IMG/VR virus record: IMGVR_UViG_3300042868_009074
Location: 186,001-250,000 of that record
DNA: 64,000 nt
Reading direction: 5' to 3' (one strand)
In this document: positions 55,811-64,000 of the stretch, in pieces
Numbering within the stretch: the first letter of the stretch is position 1
How the letters are laid out: every line of letters begins with the position of its first letter
Translations under genes and position numbers: made by a program
Notes under the pieces: generated by a model
The model's database searches: none
What the model was told of the DNA's origin: nothing
Seen by the model: only the letters and a program-made list of their open reading frames with translations

Positions 55811-56873
55811 CTTAACAAACTTTAAAAGTACTTCTTCAAATTACGAAACAACCAATGCAGGAATTGTTCATTCTCTTACCGCATTTGATTCCTCTGGCAT
55901 AAGCCATGTTATAGAAGACCAAAACGAATTTGAATTTACCTACTACAATGAGTGGATGAAAGATAATATCTTTATTTCTCTTTATCGAGATTCAAAAGAT
56001 ACTTACAATTACAATTCTAATTCCATTATTCCACCAGGTCTTATCCATATTGATAAAAACTTTTTAGTTTTTGAGAAGCCTCCTACTCATAAGCTAATTA
56101 ATATTTATAACCAGTATCTTCATGACATAAATGATGATACAAGATTATACTCTTACTACCTACCTATTCCTTGGCAAGTTTATATTGTAGAATTTGATCC
56201 TAATAATAATAGGACTTGTTTAGTTAAAATGTTCTTTTCCAAATCAAGCTTAGTTAATTTTGATCAACAGCTTTTTCTTCCTCCTATCCCTAACTTTTAT
56301 GTTAACGGATTATTGTGTCGCCCGTTCTTTAATTCCATGGATGATATAGAAAGATATTCTGCTGATGTTCCTGGAATCATGGAATCAGCTTACGATTGGG
56401 TTTGGGCTAGTAACTTTAACTTAGATCTTTCAGAAACTATTTCTTCTGTTTATGTTCAAAAGAATCCTATTCAGTTATCTCGTGGCATAACTGACAGTTC
56501 TCACCTTAGTTATAAGCTTGGCATGAGTGTCATAAACCAGCTTTACACACATTGGGAATCATTACCGTTATCTGAAGTTACTTCTTTTAATTGGCCAAAT
56601 CCAGCTTTTGCAATGACTTTTCAAGAAGATCTTGCTACTGTAGATGTCCATGATTTATTTGATCAATGGTGTGAGAATAACAGTATATCCATAGATTCAG
56701 ACGAAGAGCATGATGAATACTACCAATCTGATAGTTTCAGATCATCTCTTCCTAATCCTAAAACTATCTCTAAGACATTTAAGGATATTATGAATTATTG
56801 CATTAGCCATACTTCTTTCCCTGTTTCTAAGAAAAAACTCAAAAATATTCTTGTTTCTCGAGCATCAGAATAA
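55803..56873 (+). CDS. Prokaryotic E2-like (family D) paralogue 3
   Basis: IIPPGL, VFEKPP, LPIPWQVY, LFLPPIPNFYVNGLLC, SNFNLDL. Confidence 0.7.
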   Translation: MYNLTNFKSTSSNYETTNAGIVHSLTAFDSSGISHVIEDQNEFEFTYYNEWMKDNIFISLYRDSKDTYNYNSNSIIPPGLIHIDKNFLVFEKPPTHKLINIYNQYLHDINDDTRLYSYYLPIPWQVYIVEFDPNNNRTCLVKMFFSKSSLVNFDQQLFLPPIPNFYVNGLLCRPFFNSMDDIERYSADVPGIMESAYDWVWASNFNLDLSETISSVYVQKNPIQLSRGITDSSHLSYKLGMSVINQLYTHWESLPLSEVTSFNWPNPAFAMTFQEDLATVDVHDLFDQWCENNSISIDSDEEHDEYYQSDSFRSSLPNPKTISKTFKDIMNYCISHTSFPVSKKKLKNILVSRASE

Positions 56874-56879
56874 AACGAC

Positions 56880-56908
56880 TTGACAAATCTATTATGCTAT
56901 TATATACT
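56880..56908 (+). promoter_or_regulatory. Sigma70/SigA-type promoter
   Basis: TTGACA-17 nt-TATACT. Confidence 0.75.
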
Positions 56909-56936
56909 TATATAAACTTTAAAAAAGGTATTAAAA

Positions 56937-57245
56937 ATGGCAAAACAAAAGATGACAGAACCAGTATTCACTAGATCTGAAATAGCAGAAATACTTAATG
57001 TATCCACCCTCACCATAGCCAATAGGGAAAAGAACAAAAAATACCCTGAGCCAAAAAGAGATATGAATAACTATAGAATATATAGTTTGAATGATGTTTT
57101 CAATCTTCAACTTATTACCTATAACCATATCAACCCAAAGCCTGTGATATCTATTCTTTTTGATAAAGGGTATAAAGACAGTAAGCATCTAGGTGAAATG
57201 ATAGACAATGTTCTATCTCGTAGGAGCAACGCAAATGCAAAATGA
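56937..57245 (+). CDS. MerR-like HTH DNA-binding protein
   Basis: FTRSEIAEILNVSTLTIANRE...PKRDMNNYRIYSLNDV. Confidence 0.85.
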   Translation: MAKQKMTEPVFTRSEIAEILNVSTLTIANREKNKKYPEPKRDMNNYRIYSLNDVFNLQLITYNHINPKPVISILFDKGYKDSKHLGEMIDNVLSRRSNANAK

Positions 57246-57465
57246 TAAAGAAGAAAAGTTTTCACTAGTAGACGATGTAGATGATAATGTATCTACTGAT
57301 AATATTACAGAATTAAAATCTGGAATATTTAATCTATTTGTTAACTTGTACGACCATTTGTCCATAGACGTTGGTCCTCGTGATGCTATAATCGAATCAA
57401 CTAATTATCTACTTTATATTGTAGATACATTCAAACAAGCTCTTGAAAATGAAAATCAAGAATAA
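57208..57465 (+). CDS. Small acidic hypothetical protein
   Basis: AGGAG RBS before MQNDK. Confidence 0.65.
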   Translation: MFYLVGATQMQNDKEEKFSLVDDVDDNVSTDNITELKSGIFNLFVNLYDHLSIDVGPRDAIIESTNYLLYIVDTFKQALENENQE

Positions 57466-57495
57466 TAAATCAAACTAAATATTGGAGTAAACAAC

Positions 57496-57939
57496 ATGTT
57501 AGACGCAAAGAATGTAGTAACCATCTCAGGTGGTATAGTTTCAGAGCCAGAAATAATCAATGATAAAATAGCTAAGTTTAGAGTAGCTATTGATTACGCT
57601 GGTTCAGAAAAAGGCGGAGATAATAACTCAGGTTATTTCGACGTAGTATACTATCTCAAAGAAGGTACAAACTTCGCTTCAAAGAATGCACAGTTCTTGC
57701 ATTCTCAAATCACAGGTGGAAAACTCAAGAAGGGTTCACCACTTCAAATCCTCGGACGCTTAGTGCAAGAGCGTTGGCAACAAGATGGAGCTAACCGCTC
57801 TAAGGTTGTTATCGTAGCTGAATCAGTGTCCTACGCTGCATCTAACTACTCAAAGACTAATGAGTCAGGTGAAGCACCAAAGACTGCAGAAGCCGGATCC
57901 CCAGCATCTTCTTACTCTTCAGTACCTAACCAGTTTTAA
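57496..57939 (+). CDS. ssb: Single-stranded DNA-binding protein
   Basis: NVVTISGGI...EPE, LKKGSPLQILGRLVQERWQQDGANRSKVVIVAE, tail ending in F. Confidence 0.9.
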   Translation: MLDAKNVVTISGGIVSEPEIINDKIAKFRVAIDYAGSEKGGDNNSGYFDVVYYLKEGTNFASKNAQFLHSQITGGKLKKGSPLQILGRLVQERWQQDGANRSKVVIVAESVSYAASNYSKTNESGEAPKTAEAGSPASSYSSVPNQF

Positions 57940-58676
57940 TGGAGTCTGAGTTTAATCAGGATGATTTAGATTCTCTGATTAAAGAAGCTCTATCTGTTCC
58001 GGTAAACCCGCTGCATCCTAAATCTGGGATGCATGTGGGTTTTATGGAGACTGATATGTTGGAGCTGTTAAGCGGTCATCTTTCTAATAAGATTCCGCTT
58101 TCAGCTATATCAGAGATCTATCAAGATTTGCGATTAGATCTTTTATCTAGAAAATCTAATCATCAAATAAAAGACTTGCATACAGTTATACTTAATTGTC
58201 GCAAATGTGAGATGCAACAAACTACTCCGGAACTTCCTAAGTGGAATGTAAAAAACCCAGATGTTTTATTCATTACTGATAATCCTTCTTTAGATTCTGA
58301 TTCAGTTTCTTTCTTTCTTTCTGCTTTGAAAGAAGCCGGTTTTGAATCATCTAATGTTTGTTTAACTTACGTTAACCGTTGCCCAGTCAAAAGAAAATAT
58401 ACCAATCAAGAAGTTTTTAATTGTTCTCCTTATCTTCATAATGAGATTCAACTATTAAACCCTAAATTGATTGTAACGTTAGGTTCAGTGCCTCTAATCT
58501 CATTACTTGGATTAGATGTAAAACTTAAAGAGTATAGGGGTAATTTAACTTGGTTAGGATACTGGCCAATCATTCCCACATATTCACCAATATACGCTGT
58601 AAGAAATGGTCAGAATTTTCAAGACCAATTTTTATCAGACATTAAATCAGCACATAACTTTTCAACCAAGGATTAA
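57939..58676 (+). CDS. Family-4 uracil-DNA glycosylase-like protein (catalytic motifs altered)
   Basis: NCRKC, YVNRCP, NCSPYLHNEIQLLNPKLIVTLG, PTYSP. Confidence 0.8.
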   Translation: MESEFNQDDLDSLIKEALSVPVNPLHPKSGMHVGFMETDMLELLSGHLSNKIPLSAISEIYQDLRLDLLSRKSNHQIKDLHTVILNCRKCEMQQTTPELPKWNVKNPDVLFITDNPSLDSDSVSFFLSALKEAGFESSNVCLTYVNRCPVKRKYTNQEVFNCSPYLHNEIQLLNPKLIVTLGSVPLISLLGLDVKLKEYRGNLTWLGYWPIIPTYSPIYAVRNGQNFQDQFLSDIKSAHNFSTKD

Positions 58677-58684
58677 CACAAATC

Positions 58685-59065
58685 ATGACTACAGACATAT
58701 GGTCTGATCTTCCTATAGAAGATCTTACAGAATCACAACTTAACTCTTTTAATGATCTTGTCTTAAAGGACATTAAAAACGAAGGTTCCTCAGAGGATAA
58801 AACAATCCTTTCTAACAATTTAGATCTTTGGCTTTTTCAATTGCGCGTTATTCGCCGCGATGTTGAGTTTCAATTATCTTCTCAAAAGTCTAAAGATAAA
58901 ATTAAGTTTATTGAATTAGCAGAAGTTAATGATGAAAATGAAATTAATGACTATAAAGTAAAGCAAAATAAGTGGAGAATGGGCGCAGTAAGATTTCTTA
59001 CCGCCATCGAACACAAGATGCTTTATGTTAAGTTAATCTTATCTGATTCAGAAGAATACGCTTAG
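58685..59065 (+). CDS. Helical hypothetical protein
   Basis: 126 aa; AAGGA upstream. Confidence 0.7.
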   Translation: MTTDIWSDLPIEDLTESQLNSFNDLVLKDIKNEGSSEDKTILSNNLDLWLFQLRVIRRDVEFQLSSQKSKDKIKFIELAEVNDENEINDYKVKQNKWRMGAVRFLTAIEHKMLYVKLILSDSEEYA

Positions 59066-59077
59066 GTCTAGTTTGAT

Positions 59078-59536
59078 ATGCAGCTGATAAATACTTTAGA
59101 ATATATATCTACAAAAGAATCTACTTTTGATGAGCAAGATTCTTATTATTTTCTTCAGGATTATCAGTTGCATACCGACTGGTATTCTTACTCTTCTAAA
59201 GATTTTTCATTAGATTCCGTTAAGAAACTTGCCAATACCTTTTGCTATTCCCATGGAATGGTTCCACTTAAGTCTAGTAAAGACCAACAAACGACTGAAG
59301 ATAATTTATTTTGGTCTTCTGTTCCTCTTGGTTTATTTAGATATAAGATGTTAGAAGATGGCTTTTGGTGTTCTACTTCTGTTCTTAAAAAACAAAAAGG
59401 ATTTATAGTAGAAGGCATTTATTGGATAAACGGCTTCGCTTATCTTGTAAGAAACAATGATTTTATCTTAGAAGCAAATTTATTTATTGATCAGAAAACA
59501 AAATTAAGATACAGTTATCCTGATACAATAAGCTAA
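59078..59536 (+). CDS. Hypothetical protein
   Basis: 152 aa, co-directional. Confidence 0.7.
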   Translation: MQLINTLEYISTKESTFDEQDSYYFLQDYQLHTDWYSYSSKDFSLDSVKKLANTFCYSHGMVPLKSSKDQQTTEDNLFWSSVPLGLFRYKMLEDGFWCSTSVLKKQKGFIVEGIYWINGFAYLVRNNDFILEANLFIDQKTKLRYSYPDTIS

Positions 59537-59544
59537 TAAACTTT

Positions 59545-59619
59545 GCCTCTATAGTTAAAGGGATATAACAAGGGACTTCTAATCCCTCGTTCTAGGTTCG
59601 AGTCCTAGTGGAGGCGCCA
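59545..59619 (+). tRNA. tRNA-Arg(TCT)
   Basis: Acceptor GCCTCTA/TGGAGGC+G, encoded CCA, loop CTTCTAA, GTTCGAGTC. Confidence 0.93.
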
Positions 59620-59900
59620 TGTCAGTCAGCGAACACTATTTTATAGACAGTTCTTTTATTCAACACATTCATTGGTATGAAGATACCAGTAACATGATTA
59701 TTACTTTTGCTACTAATTCTGTTTGGGTATATTACGATGTGCCTAAAGAAGTTTTTATTAACATGACTAAATCTAAATCAGTTGGTTCTGTATTTAACAA
59801 AGAAGTTAGAAACAAATTTCGAGCAGAAGTTTTATTTAAATTAGGTAAAACTTCAAATATCATTTATTCTAAAGGCGAAGAAATTGTCCAAGAAACGTAG
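59619..59900 (+). CDS. KTSC-domain protein
   Basis: SSFIQHIHW...YYDVPKEVF...SKSVGSVFNKEVR. Confidence 0.8.
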   Translation: MSVSEHYFIDSSFIQHIHWYEDTSNMIITFATNSVWVYYDVPKEVFINMTKSKSVGSVFNKEVRNKFRAEVLFKLGKTSNIIYSKGEEIVQET

Positions 59901-60072
59901 AAACAAAAACAAATATGCGTACAAAGACAACAGGTTTTACGGAAATGATGTAGTTTCTCATTACGCACGTCCAAAGAGTACTGCTTCACCTGAACAAATA
60001 AAGTCTTTAGCTTTACAGGTTTTTGGCTCTTTGTACGTTGATTCAACTTCTTTTTAATGTTATAATTATTCT

Positions 60073-60376
60073 ATGTCTATTTTTGATTATTTTAAATATA
60101 ATACAAAGAACAAAATTACTGATCATAAACTTATTTATATTAAGTGGTTAGATTCTTATACTCTAGAAGATACTTGGACTTCTCCAGATCAAATAGAAAA
60201 CTCCACATATGAAGTAGAAACATTTCGGATTTCTTATCTCATCTAACCCAATTGATTCTTATTATTCTGTAGCTTTATCCGTCGGCACTAAGACCGGTTC
60301 TAACCAAATATCTTATTCAAGTATTATTAATATACCTATATCTTCTATCATAACTTTAATAGAAAAAGATTTTTAA
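60073..60376 (+). pseudogene. Small phage gene interrupted by a +1 frameshift near 60226
   Basis: IKWLDSY...W...YEVETF continues as GFLIS...NIPISSII in the +1 frame. Confidence 0.55.
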
Positions 60377-60381
60377 TATAC

Positions 60382-60410
60382 TTGCGTTTTCTTTCAGTAA
60401 GCGCTATACT
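60382..60410 (+). promoter_or_regulatory. Sigma70-type promoter
   Basis: TTGCGT-17 nt-TATACT. Confidence 0.55.
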
Positions 60411-60443
60411 TTTATCAAGATATTATAGAAGTTAGGAGCTCAC

Positions 60444-60659
60444 TTGCCAAGACAGCATCAATCTAAATCGATGAAGAAAGTCTTAGCTGAATTAGAACGG
60501 TTAGGTTTCTCCGTAGTTAGGAATAAATCTGGTACATATAAGATTGTCCCCCCTCCGACAACATGCGGACCGATCTACACTACACACGGGACGGAATCAG
60601 CCCTCCATCCCATGCGGAGAGATTTTAAACGGCTCTATAATGTAGAACTCACTTTATAA
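60444..60659 (+). CDS. HicA-like dsRBD-fold protein
   Basis: KKVLAELERLGFSVVRNKSGTYKI...TTHGT; AGGAG RBS. Confidence 0.65.
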   Translation: MPRQHQSKSMKKVLAELERLGFSVVRNKSGTYKIVPPPTTCGPIYTTHGTESALHPMRRDFKRLYNVELTL

Positions 60660-60668
60660 TACTTAATT

Positions 60669-60713
60669 AAAACCCTGGATCTCTTTGGTGGTAAGAGCTC
60701 CAGGGTTTTTTTT
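60669..60713 (+). terminator. Rho-independent terminator
   Basis: AAAACCCTGGA...TCCAGGGTTTTTTT. Confidence 0.8.
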
Positions 60714-60727
60714 ATCTCACAGAAGGA

Positions 60728-63700
60728 TTGACCAATATGATATATGCAGATAATTGGAATCTCCCATCGCCTCAGATTAATAAACGAGTTGAAAAACCAA
60801 TTTCCCAAGACTCAGAAACATATTCTTCTAAGTTTCAAACTTTATTAAATGATTCTAAAAGTAATCAAAAATTAGGAATTCTATTTAAAGATATTGATAC
60901 ATCACAAATGATGGATGCTTTAAATGCTTTAGATAAAGTAATAGCTAATAAAAAGCTAGGTGGTTTTGATTTAGATGATGTTCAAATAAATACTGCCGGT
61001 CTTTTAGATAAATTTCATAATAAAATTAACTATGATCCAAAAGGTAAAATTCCTTTTCCTAAAGAACAACCAATTGTATTTATAGATGGCCTTGCCAATG
61101 ATGATCCGTTTTGATATAATCGATCATGGATAATATTAAATCAGGTGCAACCATAAAAGTCGACAAAGACTGGAACATTGAATTTTCTGATGGTCCTGAT
61201 GCTGAATATATAATTAATGGTCAAGTAATCACAACTTTAATAGAACATATTAAATATTTAGAAGTTGTTATTTTAGATTGTCCTGGCAATGAAAAAGTTC
61301 TAACAGAACGTGATCAGCTAAAAGTAAGAGTACAACATTTATCTTCTGAAGTAGAAAGACTTTCTAAGGAGTTGGGTCATGGTTAATTCATTCGATGATT
61401 GGATTAAAATTGGTTTAGACAAAGGCTGGTGTGGTCCTGCTGTGTGTTATACTCATGATAGCTTTCCTATAAGCTTAGAAGAAGATAATGAGTTTGAAGA
61501 AGGCAATGATCCTTGTATGCACATGATAAGGTTGTACGAAGATCCTGAACATAAACAATCTATAGAAGAATCTCATTCTCCTTCAATTTGGAGAAAACCG
61601 TATGAATCAGAATGATAGGAACATTAAACTTATAAAAGAGTTTTACCCTTATGTACTAGCCGAAGCTGAACAGGCTATAAAGCTAGGTGCTCTTCCTGAT
61701 GATCATCCTTATGATCCTCAATGTGAAGATTGTCAGTGGTACAATTGGGGTATATCTTTTATGTTAAGAGTACAAAAAGGAGAATTTAATGAATTCAATA
61801 GTTAGAGCATTAAACAACATAGCTGTATCTCTTGGTAAAATAGCTGACGCTTTAAATAATAAAGCAGTTACCAAGACTCATACTTCGATTCCAACTACTT
61901 CTACTTCAGTAGATAACAAAGTTGCAATAACAAGTTACAAAGTTGCTAACACCACTAATCCTTATCAAGATGTTTGGAAACAAAAAAAATCTCAAGACCA
62001 GTTTCAAAAACACAAGCATGATTATATTTCTCAAAAAATAGAAGAGCTATCCTCTAAAGATAACAGAGATATTCTTATTTTAAGATTGCGCAATATTGTC
62101 TTTAACGATAACGCATCAGACTCTTTACAGTCTTATTATATTGGTTCTGTAAATCCTAAACTTCATCAAAAAATTATAGATCAGCACAGACGAGAATGGC
62201 CTTCTCTTTGGCTTGTAATAGATGAGTTAATTAAAGATTCAAAACAGACTGGATTAAAATGAGCGTTCTATACTCTTTAATGATAGAAGGTCCTGATGGC
62301 TGGGATACTGAATATGATGTTGATCAGCATATTTACGTAATAATGAGATCTTATGACAACGGATTAACTTGGCATAAGCTTGCAACTATGAATGACTCAG
62401 ATCGAGACGATGCTTTAGATCTAATAAATACTTTAAATTTAAATAGCCAAAAAGTTAATAATTCCATTAGTACTAAAAGCGTTTCTACTGCATCTTCCTT
62501 AGATGCAATACGTAAACAACTAAGTGAATGGGATATCCACGATGATTAGTTGTAATGATATTTTTACCCTCTAAAGAAGTAAGAGATAGACTATCTTCTT
62601 ATTGGGGAACCGAAGTTATACTTCGTTGTTGCACAGATTGGCCAAGTCATTCTATGTTCCATCAAAGAGGAAACGGTAAATGTGGATCTTGCCACAACAC
62701 GCCTAAGATGCTACCTATAACCTGGGAAGAGTACAATGACTCAAATGATTATAAGAGCTGAACACGATCATCCTTCAATTACCGGACACTCTAGTCCTGG
62801 TTTTGCTCAACTATATGATGGATCACAAGTTCATTTTACTTCCCTTTGGGTTGAGGGTGATGAGTTTGTAGTAGATACTTTATTAAATGGGTTGATAACC
62901 TTTCCTATTGAAGAAACGTTGGTAATAGATTATGAGTGATTTTGAAGAAATGAGAAAAGCAATGACACGTGCCTTAGATGAGATACATAATGATTTTTGT
63001 AACAATTGTAAAAATTCATTTGATGAAAATCAAGGTGGATACACAGATCTTGTAACTGCTAGTAAAATGTATAAACTTTGGTACTGTGATGATTGTTTTG
63101 AAGTTGTTGAAAATGAAGATGAATATTTTAGTTAATATTAAAAATCGTAGAAAACATAAAGTTATTTTTAGACTTCAGTCAAACAATAAAAAGATTTGCA
63201 CTGTTAAATTTAATGACAGAGAATTTTTAAAGATAAAGCTTGCAGCTATATCTGCAGATATTACTCTTGAAGAGTTCTTTATTCGTATAATAAAAGATTT
63301 AGGAAAAAAATGACACATCATAATCCAATTACAGAAGTAATTAAAAAACTAAAGCGTCATCCCAACAACACTGATCAACCTGATCTTACTGAGTCTGAAT
63401 TAATAGCTAATCAACGTCAATTAATTAAATTTTGGGTTGATCGTTCTACTTTATTGGAAAAAGAAAACGACCAACTTAAGCTTCAAATAAACACTTTACG
63501 TGAAGAATACAATTGTACAGAAGATCCTGATCTGATATAATTTACTTATGGGATTATACGACACTATATTCATAGAATATCCCTTGCCTATACCGGAATA
63601 TATTCCCTCTAAAATTAGATCCTTCATCCATTCAACAATTTCTCAAGATGGATTTCAAACAAAAGATTTAGATCAATGTTTAGATGATTATTTTATTTCA

Positions 63701-63952
63701 AATGATGGAAGATTTCACATTTGTAATTATCTTAATTTTGATTCTCCTGAAATATCCAATTATGAGCCTATGTACATGCATGGTCATATTGAAGTTCATA
63801 CGATAGTTCGACTTGATGAAGAGTCTATGTATATGACTCCTACTAACAGTTTTAGGCTTGAGTATGATTTAAAATTTACTGACAGCCTATTGGTCTCAGC
63901 TACTCTGTTATCACCTACTATTGAGGATATACAAAAATATGAACAAGATTAA
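60728..63952 (+). other. Run of about 12 small, tightly coupled hypothetical phage CDS (60728, 61126, 61379, 61602, 61789, 62259, 62555, 62736, 62932, ~63120, 63310, 63548)
   Basis: Co-directional ORFs with overlapping start/stop codons; no family recognised with confidence. Confidence 0.7.
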
Positions 63953-64000
63953 ACAATGGATTTACATTGCAAAAGTGTTTTTAACTGGTTTTGATTATGG

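Noticed and set aside
1-64000. Alternative genetic code (stop-codon reassignment)
   Set aside because: Long genes are intact under code 11, all three stops are used as terminators, and no suppressor tRNA was seen.

Overview
AT-rich, gene-dense segment of a large dsDNA bacteriophage. The host is most likely an actinobacterium, given WhiB, an Rpf domain, a DUF732-like protein, and actinobacterial-type RecA and P450. No rRNA or bacterial housekeeping operons are present. Layout: (i) 1-12.5 kb, mostly minus strand: Gly/Ala-rich probable virion proteins, a large DEDDh-exonuclease-domain protein, a Clp D2-type ATPase and RecA. (ii) 12.7-18.1 kb: about 25 tandem mini-cassettes, each opened by the motif TATATATCTTTAAAT(n1-3)ATAGT and usually closed by a GC hairpin, carrying either one tiny ORF or a putative small RNA. 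(iii) 18.3-27 kb: structured non-coding DNA, a QDE-1/YonO-like single-subunit two-barrel RNA polymerase with a variant, apparently permuted active site, a parS site and an anti-Shine-Dalgarno sRNA candidate. (iv) 28-44 kb: accessory genes (Rpf-SLT fusion, IS110/Tas-like Nop-domain protein, SF2 helicase, subtilase, cytochrome P450, Csp, WhiB), tRNAs and a non-canonical tRNA-like RNA. (v) 45.5-56.9 kb: a phage-encoded prokaryotic ubiquitin-like module (E2-like, JAB, E1/ThiF, Ubl, AAA ATPase, two more E2-like paralogues). (vi) 57-64 kb: HTH protein, SSB, UDG-like protein, tRNA-Arg, KTSC, HicA-like gene and small hypotheticals. All family calls come from motifs read by eye; no database searches were run.
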